Shown piece by piece: positions 26,641 through 38,600 of a stretch of DNA of 64,000 nucleotides. The position numbers and the translations under genes were made by a program. Positions within the stretch are counted from its first letter, which is position 1; the number at the start of each line of letters is the position of its first letter. The DNA is from Pecten maximus. Its lineage: Eukaryota. The notes below the pieces were generated by a model, which worked only from the letters and a program-made list of their open reading frames with translations, was not told the origin of the DNA and ran no database searches. The stretch lies in NCBI RefSeq assembly GCF_902652985.1, contig NC_047016.1, forward strand, positions 50,344,001 through 50,408,000, written 5' to 3'.

Positions 26641-26890
26641 GTAACGAGCTGGGATGGGATAAACCTAGAAGTAGACGGAAGAAACATACATTTCTGCATC
26701 TGTAGAAAATATTACACAGTAGTCGCTTTCCTCTCTTACCAACATTGTAAGTACTTTCATGAATAATATGGATAAACCTTGTTACAACTAAGAATACTAA
26801 GTACCTTCAACCGCCGCTATGCCACAGTGAAGATCATTTTCACGTTTATCCCTACTATGGTACGGGATATCAATGACTTAAATCTTGAAA
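26641..26890 (+). mobile_element. Degenerate CR1/L2-type LINE ORF2 C-terminal remnant
   Basis: Translates with stops and frameshifts as ELGWDKPRSRRKKH…KIL…LQPPLCH…FIPTMVRDINDL, resembling the 'LGW..L..RR…F.P.T…WN.L' C-terminal motif of CR1-group RTs. Confidence 0.6.
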
Positions 26891-27294
26891 CCTTGTAAAT
26901 GCATCATCCCTTAAAAATCAAAAGTTGATACCAACTGACAATAATATAATATTCTAACATATTCAAAATTAAAGAAAACATATATGAAAATACACTTTTA
27001 TGTCAATTTAGAAATGGGGTAAGTCAACCGAACTATGACCTATACAAAGATCACATGAAGGCATATCATTTTCTTTATGTGCCCACATTATGTTGTATAT
27101 AGAAATACTATCGGAAAATATCTTTGTAGTCAGGAATACTTTGATATTGATAAGCTCCTTTATGGTCCTGACAGCTACAATGATGAGATAAATACCCATA
27201 TCTTTGATAACGTGATTTAATTTATTAAAAACACAAATGGACTGTAACAGCCAAGTTAAGGCATTAAGGCACTGCTGCTTTGGTATATGAATAA

Positions 27295-27620
27295 ATATCT
27301 TCTATAAAGGTCATCAGGGCAAAGGTCAAGTTCTGAATTAAGGTTCTGCTTCCTTTGTTTATGAATCAATTTCTTCTATAAAGGTCATCAGGGCAAAGAT
27401 CAAGTTCTGAATTAAGGCCCTGCTTCATTTGCATATGAATTGATGTTTTCTATAAAGGTCATCAAGTCAAAGGTCAAGTTCTGAATTAAGGCCCTGCTTC
27501 ATTTGCATATGAATTGATGTTTTCTATAAAGGTCATCAAGTCAAAGGTCAAGTTCTGAATTAAGGCCCTGCTTCCTTTGTTTATGAATCGATATCTTCTA
27601 TAAATGTCATCAGGTCAAGG
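27295..27620. repeat. 74-bp tandem repeat (tctataaaggtcatcagggcaaaggtcaagttctgaattaagg…), ~4.5 copies
   Basis: Units read directly. The AAGGTCA-rich units may belong to a non-autonomous DNA/Helitron-type element. Confidence 0.85.
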
Positions 27621-28383
27621 TAAAAGGGTCCAGTATAAATGTTTATTTTCTATTATATATATTTAAATCATGGTCACGGCCATGGGATATAAAAAATCAC
27701 ATTTATTGATTTTTTTTCGTGGCTCTTTATTAAAAAAGGACGGAAAGAAATAAAGGATAAAAGTGCTTTTGTATCCACCTGGCTAGGGGCAAGCGGGTGT
27801 TCTTCCATCAGTGAGTGACTACTGGGTTGTAACCCTGAAGAACTTTGATGTCTGAAACTCCTGCAATGATTAGGCATTTGCGTCTCATCCAGGAAGCTAC
27901 TGTGCAATATAAATCATATATTACTTACTACTACATTAAATATCAAAACCTATGTAGTACATTGAAACATTTTATTATGTGTGGTGGTGTATGTATGTGT
28001 GTATTTGTATGTGTATATGTGCCAAATATTTTTCATTTTATAATTACCGAATGTAATTTAATTAATGTTATTTTGAATTGAGGAACTTTAATATAGGCTA
28101 AAGCCAGATGGTCAATCCGGTTGATGATTATCAATAGAATATGATGAAATGAAATGAAACACTTGTGTCATTTGTATGCGTGAAATAGTTAAGTGTCCTA
28201 TCACAGAACTCGTTCAATGCTTTGTACATTATATTTAATTAACGAATGTTACTTACTATCCATCAATGTAATGTTATTCATTATAATTGTTCAGCTTATT
28301 GCTGTTTTTAATTGCATTAAGGTATTACACTTTTCGGAGATCGAGTCACTTAAATCAGTATTTTACTTATGAAATACGAATGC

Positions 28384-28601
28384 TTTGGTTTTATTTTGGT
28401 TTGGTCTTATTTTGTTTAACGTCCTATTAAGGACGTGCCAGGTTTTGCAGGTGGAGGAAAGCCGGCGTACACGGAGAAAAAACCACCGACCTACGGTCAG
28501 TACCTGGCAACTGCCCCACGTAGGTTTCGAACTCGTAGCCCAGAGGTGGAGGGCTAGTGATAAAGTGTCGGGACACCTTAATCGCCCGGCCACCGGGGCC
28601 G
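28384..28601 (-). mobile_element. tRNA-derived SINE (V-domain-like core), with small internal deletion
   Basis: Minus strand shows an A-box-like TGGCCGGGCG, B-box GAGTTCGAAAC, core GTGGTTTTTTCTCCGTGTACGCCGGCTTTCCTCCAC and a CAAA-type tail. TSD acgaatgc at 28376-28383 and 28602-28609. Confidence 0.85.
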
Positions 28602-29919
28602 ACGAATGCAAATGCCTCATTACTATAAAGATATGTGTATAAATTCTGATGATTAGCAATCATAAATAATCACGATGAAAGATGTTGGATGTAAATCAAT
28701 GTTGGAAACAGGAAATACTAAGACAGATCACCAATTATGTCATGTTTCTTAACTAAATATCGTTAACCAATTTAGCCTCGAAATCTTCACAAATGGCAGT
28801 TTACTGCTCAGTAAATTACTTCACTTAACATGTTCAATATTTACTGAATTTTGGAATCATCTAGAAGAACTGTTCGAAACTCTATATGAGCTTACATATC
28901 GCTACTACGCCAAATATGACAGGAGTAACTTAACCAATTCTTAATATGCATCGTATCTTATCCCAGACCTTAGTTTATATATTTTGCTAACCTATTTCCG
29001 AATTATGGCAAAAGTTGCGGAAATATGCATATTTCAGGAGAACATACATTAGCTCGTGTGGATCACCTTCCGCCTTCCGTAAAGTCATGGTAAATACCAG
29101 ACAGGCATATCACCAATGCACTTGAGAGTCAAGTGTGTCCTAGCATTAGTAAATCAATATTCGAGAACAATGCACACTCGAATCTGTGTCGGTTTCAGGT
29201 TAACTCATCGGAGACTGACATTGAACTATGCACTATGTCAGGAATTACCATCAAGTGTATAAGGAAGAATTTTTTCACAATATACGTGTGAAAGAACAGG
29301 GGAAAACACATTTTGACAAGCGCCCTCACAGTATTCAAACACAGGTCTCTGGTGTGATAAGCCACGGCTTTACCTCCTTAGCCAAAGAAACAGTCGCCGT
29401 CAGCTGAGTGACAGATATCTATTTAAAATTATGTTCAAGCCACACCGATCTGTTCCTTTTACGTACCTAATCATGGATTGGATAATTTATCAAACTGCAT
29501 GCCGCGTACAAGTGTAAAATAATACATACACTGAGAGAGTAATAAAAACACAAAGCGGCTGTCACAGGAACACTCCTGTCACAAAAAATCCTGATTCAGA
29601 CGTGATGGTAAAAATATACGTGTATTCATTAAAACGCATGCAGACGTTGACTTGCACGTGGTGTTTTATTGTTTTTATATAAGTAATAGAATTTTATATA
29701 GATAATTTACTATTATTGATGCACAATAAAATAACTTCCAATGATTTATAGAATTCACAAATGTCACTTCCGATAAACAGATAAGCGAAAATGAACCGTA
29801 CAAATAGTGTCATCATTCCCAGAAGGGATTGGCCAGCGACAATTGTCTAAACGTTTAAACTTAACAGAATAATAATAGGTCGACTTGTTTAACATTTTCG
29901 GGACATAATTAGTTTCAAT

Positions 29920-30060
29920 GGTGATAGTGGCGCAGCGGTAACGCGTTCGCCTTGAACCTTTACGACCGGGGTTCGATTCTCTGATTGAAGAAGGTATATA
30001 TTTTCCTGTCTTACTACGTGGTGTTTCTCTAGGTAGGAACCCTCTTGCGCTCAACTACCG
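29920..30060 (+). mobile_element. Degenerate tRNA-derived SINE head
   Basis: A-box TGGCGCAGCGG and B-box GGTTCGATTC, followed by a decayed core gtggtgtttctctaggta. No closed cloverleaf acceptor stem. Confidence 0.55.
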
Positions 30061-33000
30061 GTCAACAAAAGTAAGTAATGTATAAGTGGATATAGGTTGT
30101 TTCACTGTCGTTAAAACATAAATAAACGTTTATATAGGGATTGGATTTGTCTTTTATGTTAGCCATGCTTGTAATGGGGAAATTTCTCTAGGAATATAAT
30201 CTATGGGTCGCGGTAGAATATGTTCTGAGTAGAATTACTCCGTAAATGCATGGTTAACAAATGAGTTCCTGTAATATATTTTTATGTAGATCAATCCGCA
30301 TTTGTACATGTCATCGTAATCCTGTAAAAGTCGGTTACTAGTTGGAGGAATTAAACAGAGAGAACAGCCGATGATGACTCTTCACTTCAAGTTTAAACTT
30401 TCTTACGCTGTGACAAATAGTCCTGTTTTACGTGTGAAATAACCATAAATAACACAAACCTTTAGACATTTTATTAAACTGGTTTTTTTTTTAATATTAA
30501 CTTTTTTTCTTTATTAGAAAAATTACACTGTGTTTGTTCGTTGAAAATGTCATGGGTTTGGTAAAAGTAGTTCCCGTACCGTAACAATTTTATATACAAG
30601 TTCAAAGGTCAATGTGTCCATGCAAGTATGTTAAACAGATACATCTGTTGAATAGTGACAAAGCCTGGCAAGTGTAAATATACTGGTAGATGTTGACTTC
30701 TTATACTGTCTGCTTATACAAGATGCCTATTCAGATAAAAAATTATGTCCTATCACTGAACCTTCTCCGAAATTAAAATTGAGGTTTACAATATCACCCA
30801 ATTTTGCTACTTACACTTGTCATAGTTGTAACATGGACAGACTACAACAGATGGATTATACACTAAGAAATAGGAGTGCGCCAGGAGTCGAACTTAAAAC
30901 ATATTCATATCCATTGGTATGGAAAAAGAGAGACATAGATATTCAACAATTAATCGCTGTTATATGTATTTTACAAGCCGTTTACGAAAATGTACATTAT
31001 GGAATTAGCGAGTGAGAGCCCCCCTGTGCGGGGACATTGTTTATATTTCGAAGGCTGACCCCAAGGCCCCAACCTTGGCAGCCTTCCAATGTTTACATGT
31101 GCTGGGGAATTAATTGCTTGTGTGTAAAAAAAAACCCAAAAAAACATTATGGAATTAGCGGTAACAATCATTATTAAACTGGTTGTAGCATGACATCAAA
31201 ATGCGCAGTTAGCATCCATGCTTCGGCATAGGAACAGAAGATTTGTATATGTCTGTCTCAAGTCAAATCTAAAACATGTAAATATGAATAATATGTGCTC
31301 AATAAAGTACATTTGACATCGATATCACTATACAGAGTCACAGTTTATATTCTGATTGAAGGACTTGACAGTCCTTTGCTGGTCAAGTGCTGTCGATCAT
31401 CATGTGATCCGCGTCAACAAGGAAGCACGGCCTGTCAAACGGTACAATATACAATGTTTGTCAATATTCACAGTCAGTGGTGAGAATTGATGGTACAACC
31501 CCTATTTATATCACCCAAAGCCTAACTGAACTTTCTGTTTCGAGATAATCAGTAGATCACGCGCTGTTGTGAGCCACGCAGCAGATGTTTACGAGCGCCA
31601 ACTTAAAGGTAGGGGGGAGGGGGAGAGAAAAGGTATGGGAGCATCTGCACAATCATATGGTTTTTCTCCGGGTGCTGCGGTTTCCTCTCATAGTAAAACT
31701 CCTAGTGCACTCCTACTTGGCCAACAAGAGTGTTTAAATGGGCAATCCTTCGTTCGAACCCCAGATGTGTGTTGCACAGTAATTTAAAAGATTAATGAAT
31801 AAAAGATGCTTACACTCATATTTATTATCAACTGTGATGGAATAGATATCATATTTTTACAGAAAATCCGCAAAACTCTTCCGCTCTGTATCCGCATGGG
31901 AATAATCGACCACGCCTCCATCGAAAGGGTAAAGTTTATCACAGAATATACAGTGATATACAGTGGGTGTACGTTTTTTATTGTGATTATAAACACCAAT
32001 TATATAACCTCAATTACAAAGTCGCATAAATATGAGAATCGAAGGGCGCAAACACGTGAGCCGTTTTTACAAAAACTGATGTGTACATGAATGTAAATGA
32101 AGAAAAATGTATAAAGATAAAACAAATACACTGCATACTTGTAAAATCATTTATTGTGGTTCGATGAGGTATATATGTGATGTGTCAGCATGGTAACAAG
32201 CCTAACTTCGAGCAGAACTTCATTACAAACCTGTCAGTCTGTTGAGTCGACTATCATGCAGTATATCCCGCAGAAACTTTCCCGAAGCATTGCGAATTCC
32301 TCGTTCGACTCGACTGACGCTCTCTTTCATCTTTCCAACTAGTTGCCGATATTTATAAGAGTTTATATGGCGTTCGCTATCTTGTCGTGTCCTCATTTTC
32401 TTGCCGATTGACCTATATTAGCTAATCGCTAACTCGGGGAGCCGTTAACGCCATTTTCGTTTCTGTTCGTGAGCTTGTCTGCGCATGCTCGTATTGATAG
32501 TTGTTGGCGGCAATTAATTTTCGCACTTCGGATCGAAGTGACATTTTCAAAAACCTTTTATTTCTAAGAACTTTGGGTTATCTTCGGGCTTTGGGTGTTG
32601 TTTTACGGTAAAGTTTATAAATTTTACTAATTAAGAAAAATTCAAGATTCCCGTTTACTTTTGTTTTTATAGCATAAACTGATTTCAACGACGGAATGCC
32701 CCATTAATGTAATTGAGGCTTAGAAACAGTAGGATCCAAAACTGAATTAAGCTACATCATGCAGGCGTTCCTTTCTTCTATAACTTATCAGTAATGCTGA
32801 AATGTTGAATACCTTGGAGGTGACCAAGCTAACTTTAAAAAAAGGTCGAAAGAAAATGCCAAAATAAACATGAGGAGGTGCAATAGCCCAATTATTTAAT
32901 GAATTTAATAAGTTTAATTCTGAATTTCAAAAGAACGTCAAATACATAATAATTTAATTATGTATTATCTGAAATATGTCACTAATGAATTAAAACAGAC

Positions 33001-33541
33001 AGGTTACTGCAACCAGCAGTGTCGACTATCTGTGAAGTATACAAGAACATTATCCACCATAACAAGCCTTCTACTACCTCCGTCTAGGTCATAACTCGTA
33101 TTTTTTTTTATTATTATTATTATTCTATTTTATTTTAATGTCGAAAAATGTGTCTGGGATATGTTGAAAAACCTATTTATTTTTTGAATATGCATTAATT
33201 TGCAATATGCTTTCCATTTCCATCTGTTACCGGTACACGTACTTCGATAATATCATTGCAGTCATGAAAGGTGTATGTCAGTGGGAAAACTCCGATAAAT
33301 CAACAAAATAATATCTGGTTTAATAAATATTCAATTTGCCAGCCAAAGAATAATGTTATCTTTAAGGGTTTTTACTGTATTGAAAATTACCTCCCATAAA
33401 GTAGTCTTCACAAGCTTACTTCTATAACCTATATCAAAGTTCCATTTTATATGAACATAAGGGAAGAAAAAAAGAAAAGTGATCTATTTAACGTTAGCAA
33501 AGTTTTCAAAATTGATTATGTATAAAAAAAACACACACAAA

Positions 33542-33577
<36 letters not shown>

Positions 33578-34007
33578 AATTACTCGCCTCTTATGACATG
33601 CCGTGAAATAAAGTAGGTAATTCTTTCCACGGCCATTAAGCAGAAAGCAGACTTTTCTAAGACCAGGTTTTGGGTATTACGTAACTTTAGTATTTCCGAT
33701 ATTGAGTTAAATTTTTAAATTCTGCTTTTATGTTAATTATACGATCATATCAAGATGAAATAAAAAGTATCAGACAGAAAATAACAATGATTGTTATTAA
33801 ACATACGATTGAGGATTATCATGATAAAGGCCAAGAAGTTCGCTCTGTATACCTTGACATTAGCCCTGCAGGTAGGGCGTAAGAATAGTACCTGCTGCCC
33901 CGATTTCATGATTGTAAGAGGCGACTAAATTTGAGATTTGATCTTTTCTCTTCTTCATTTACAACTTTCTCCTTCCTAATGTCTCCTTTGACACTGTCTC
34001 GCCGACC

Positions 34008-34340
34008 TTTAGCTAAGCATTCGCCCCTGTGATGACTGCTTTGGGTTCTGTCCCATGGCCGAGACATGCATGTACCAGAGTCAATGAAAATGGTAGATGC
34101 AACTCCTGCTAAGCGCTCGGCATTTTGGGAGCGTGACGATTGGTTCGCCTATCGTCAGTATAATTTGACCGGGGCAGATGGTCTGCTGGGTGTCTTCGGC
34201 TTCTGCTTTAATGAAGTCGGAGACAAACACGAACATATCGCAGCCTCCCAAAACACCCACATTCACCACAGCCCTACCTCTCCCATAAATAGAAATGGCT
34301 TTATCTGTTGATAGGACGTTCACCAATCCAAACAAAAACC
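34008..34340 (+). mobile_element. SINE of a second family (Meta-SINE-like core); paralogous copies at ~45230-45562 and ~48170-48478
   Basis: Decayed tRNA head, core aaaatggtagatgcaactcctgctaagcgctcggcat…gtcagtataatttgaccggg, and a tail ctgttgataggacgtt…caaacaaaaa shared with the V-type SINE. The family name comes from recalled similarity, not a search. Confidence 0.6.
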
Positions 34341-34476
34341 ATGAATAATTTTTTTTCTGATCAAGTTGTACTCGTTGTCATATTAGTTACTTAAATAGTG
34401 TAAAGGGTTCACCCTTGTCTAACCCTCGATATTGATATCGCTTTAACAAAGCATCTTGCCTTACCTTAGGTGTTTA

Positions 34477-34695
34477 CTTTGGTTTGTTTTTGTTTAACGT
34501 CCTATTAACAGTCAGGGTCATTTAAGGACGTGCCAGGTTTTGGAGGTGGAGGAAAGCCGGAGTACCCGGAGAAAAACCACCGGCCAACGGTCAGTACCTG
34601 GCAACTGCCCCACGTAGGTTTCGAACTCGCAACCCAGAGGTGGAGGGCAAGTGATAAAGTGTCGGGACACCTTAACCACTCGGCCACCGGGGCCT
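34477..34695 (-). mobile_element. Full-length tRNA-derived SINE (V-domain-like)
   Basis: Minus strand GGCCCCGGTGGCCGAGTGGTTAAGG (A-box), GAGTTCGAAAC (B-box), GGTTTTTCTCCGGGTACTCCGGCTTTCCTCCAC core. 12-bp TSD cttaggtgttta at 34465-34476 and 34696-34707. Confidence 0.9.
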
Positions 34696-34712
34696 CTTAG
34701 GTGTTTAGGTGC

Positions 34713-35631
34713 TGTTATGTTACCATAATTACATTGTATCACAGGGTTAATTTGATTACAATATGATCCGGACATTACGGTCCGAGTTTTAGTATGATCC
34801 GGACATTGCGGTCCAAGCTTTAGTATGATCCGGACATTGCGGTCCGGACGTTAGTCGTACCCTTTGGCAATCTTAGAGGAAGTTTGCAATGGCGTGCTCC
34901 GGCACTGTACACATTTCATGTCAAAGGAAACTTTAGGTCCCCCACAGGGTGAGTTTATTCCCTGCCCATATCAATTCTTGCCGATCGAACATTTATTGCA
35001 TTGATTATATGATTGTCAACATTAGTCTGTAAAAGATATGATCTGTATGTGTGTTCGAAATGTCAGTCATATGAACTGTCTGTCATTCAGTGAAGCACAT
35101 GGTCCGTGCCATCTAGTCATGTTTAGGATCTATATATGTCAGTATTATTTCGTATATTAGTTTATTAATATGTCTTATGTAAATTCTACTCAGCGACAGT
35201 GTAGGAATAAGACATCAGACGAATTATAGTTGTATTTTGGTCAGAAAGCGATTAGGTCAATTCGTCCTATTATTACTTACCTTGGACAAAACGTCCTATT
35301 AGTCATTTGAGTTAATTATATCTATAAATGTGTTTTAAACTATTGTTGTTACTCTGTCCATCCATGAATACTCCAAAGATAGTGTATATATATCCAGCAA
35401 AGAAATCTAGTCAGTTTATTAAGTGATATTTGTGTTAAATATCCGATTATTGCTCAAAATCAGTTTTGTATTCGAATATCAGTGAAAGAAAGGCATATGT
35501 TAGACATAATGGTTTGCATAGTGACAGTGTGTACATCTGTATCATATTCTCATTGTGTTTTCATTTTCATATGTTGTAGTCTTTTACCTTCCTCCGGGGA
35601 GTTTTGTGGAATAAAGTCGTATAACATCACA
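34713..35631 (+). repeat. 5' LTR (919 bp)
   Basis: Begins TGTTATG, ends CATCACA. AATAAA at ~35610. Three ~31-bp internal repeats at 34762-34850. Confidence 0.96.
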
Positions 35632-35669
35632 GTAAAAGACCTGCGACTCAGACCTCAGGATCTGTAAAG

Positions 35670-38600
35670 ATGGATTCAATACATGAACAACGCACCAGAA
35701 ACCTGACACCAGGAGGAGAAACACTTTTCCTAAGCAGGGTAGAAGACTTCTGCAAAAGTTTGTCAAAACAAGGAGAGAGGATTAACGGATTAATCAGTCA
35801 GACCATGACCAGTATGGAAGAAGGTTTAATAGATGAGCTAGCTAAGAGCAGGACAGTCTATTTGGATATTTCGAATCAATTCATTGATTTCCTCCATAGG
35901 ACACGTACCATGGACAGTGCTAGGGAACTTTCTGCTCATGGCCTTATTCGTGAAAGTTTTCTGTCAAAGATTGATTTAGCTTTAGAGGCCACTCAGAAGT
36001 ATGTACCACCTAAAATAGAACACGAGGAATCAAAATCACCTAATGCTGGACACAAGACACCTTGCCATTCGTCGAAAGCTTCATCATGTTCATCTCAGTC
36101 GAGTCGCTCGCACAAGTCGTCTGCAAGTTACATATTAACGAAACAAAGATTGAAACATGAAAGGGCAAAGGTTCAACTAGAATTTATGAAGAAAGAGGCT
36201 CAAGTTCTGAAACAACAAGCAGAGGTTGATGTGAGTCTGAAATTGCTGCGGTCAGAAAGAAACTTGAAAGAGGCGGAGGCTGAGCTTGATGCAGTACATG
36301 ATCTTATTGAGGAAGAGAATGGATCTGTTGATTATGATATAAGGTCGACTAAAAAAGAAAGAACAGCTGCATTTGTGAATAGTGCAATTGATCATGTTGG
36401 TCGCGAGGTAATGCAACCAAGTCCTACACCTGGTGTGCTTCAACAACCAAGTCTGTCGCCTGGTATGCTTCAACAACCAAGTCTGTCGCCTGGTATGCTT
36501 CAACAACCAAGTCCTGCACCTGGTATGCTTCAACAACCAAGTCCTGCACCTGGTATGCTTCAACAACCAAGTTTGGCGCCTGGTATGCTTCAACAACCAA
36601 GTCTGTCACCTGGTATGCTTCAACAACCAAGTTTGTTGCCTGGTATGCTTCAACAACCAAGTCCTGCACCTGGTATGCTTCAACAACCAAGTCTGTCGCC
36701 TGGTATGCTTCAACAACCAAGTCCTGCACCTGGTATGCTTCAACAACCGAGTTTGTCGCCTGGTATGCTTCAACAACCAAGTCCTGCACCTTGTATGCTT
36801 CAACAACCAAGTCTGTTGCCTGGTATGCTTCAACAACCAAGTTCGTCACCTGGTATGCTTCAGCCAACAAATTCACCTGCATGTGGCATGCTTCGTCCAG
36901 AGGCCACCGAATTCCAACCAACATGCAGAGATACCAATGAACTCACAAAGTTTCTAATGAAAAGAGATTTATTATTGTCTAGATTCACACAGTTTTCGGA
37001 CGAACCACAACGTTACACATTGTGGAAAAGTAGTTTTAAGAATCTCATTAGGGAGCTTGAAGTCACTGCTACAGAAGAACTTGATCTTCTTGTCAGATGG
37101 TTAGGACCCGAGTCCACCCAACAAGCTTTGAGCCTCAGGGCTGCACACACTCATGATGAAAGATTAGCAATCATAAGGATTTGGGAGAGACTTGACAGTC
37201 GTTACGGCGCTCCAGAACTTGTTATACATTCCTTCAAGAAAAGGCTTGAGGTATTACCCAAATTAACATACAAAGATAATGTAAAGATGTATGAACTGTC
37301 AGACCTACTCATTGAGATGCAAGCCTTAAAGGAGAATGTCATGTACGCCACTTCCCTGGCCTACCTAGATTCTTCAGCTGGAATCAACCCCATAGTGGCC
37401 AAACTTCCAGCATTCATACAAAGGAAATGGACGGATACAGCGTTTAGATACAAGAAAGACCAAGGCGTCCTTTATCCACCATTCAACATTTTCACTGGCT
37501 TCATGAAGGGTATGACAGAACGATTGAACGATCCAGGTCTGCAGTTTGACCCTCAACAATCGACACAGGTCAAAGCCCAGGTTAACAGTGTTGGTAAACG
37601 GACCGGAAATAGAATGATGCTGTCTGCTAAGAAGACTGATGTAGAGAAACCAGTCCCTCCAGCTCATATTTGTCCTATTCATGGTGGAAGTGCCCGTCAT
37701 AGCTTGAAAGACTGTCGCTTATTCCTAGCCAAGACTGTGCTGGAAAGGAAAGAAGTGCTTAAAAAGAACGGTTATTGCTTTAAATGCTGTGAGGACAAAC
37801 ACCTAGCGAAAACCTGTAAAGTAGCTGTGAAGTGTGATATTTGTGGTGGTAGTCGTCACCCTACAGTACTCCATGAACAATTTATCTCGGAGAAGTCCCC
37901 ACCAGTCCATGGAGGGGAGTGTAGTCCTTCATCACCTCCCGGAAGAGAACCAAACTATCTTCAAGCTAGTAGCAGTTGCACACAAGTGTGTAAGGACTCC
38001 AGGGGATTCAGCAAATCATGTGCTAAAACAATTTTGGTCAAAGTCTATCCTAAAGGAGAGCCAGACAAATCCATCCGTCTCTACGCCATAATAGACGATC
38101 AAAGCAACATGTCGTTAGCCAGAACAGCCTTTTTCGACAGCTTTGGAGAAAATAGCCAATATACAGAATATACCATGGCTTCTTGTTCTGGACTTAATTC
38201 CTCCTCTGGAAGGAAGGCGCAAGGATACGTTGTGGAGTCAATGGATGGAGATTTTGCTCTTGATCTACCAGTCTTACTGGAATGTGACAATATCCCAAAT
38301 AACCGTAATGAAATACCTACCCCTGAGGCGGCTCACTTCCATTCTCATCTGCGGGACATCTCTCAACACCTTCGACCTCTCGATAGGAACGCAGATATTC
38401 TGATGTTGATAGGTCGTGACATGCCTGCAGCACACCACATCATGGATCAGAGGATAGGGCCCTCAGATGGACCATATGCGCAGCGCCTCAAGCTCGGATG
38501 GGTAGTTGTTGGTGAGGTGTGTCTTGGTAAAGTTCACCAGACATCCTACATCACTGCAAATAAGGTACACACCCTTGCCAATGGTCGTCCTTCATTATTG

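Noticed and set aside
29920-29990. Possible tRNA gene
   Set aside because: A and B boxes are present but there is no acceptor stem pairing, and it continues into a SINE-like core.
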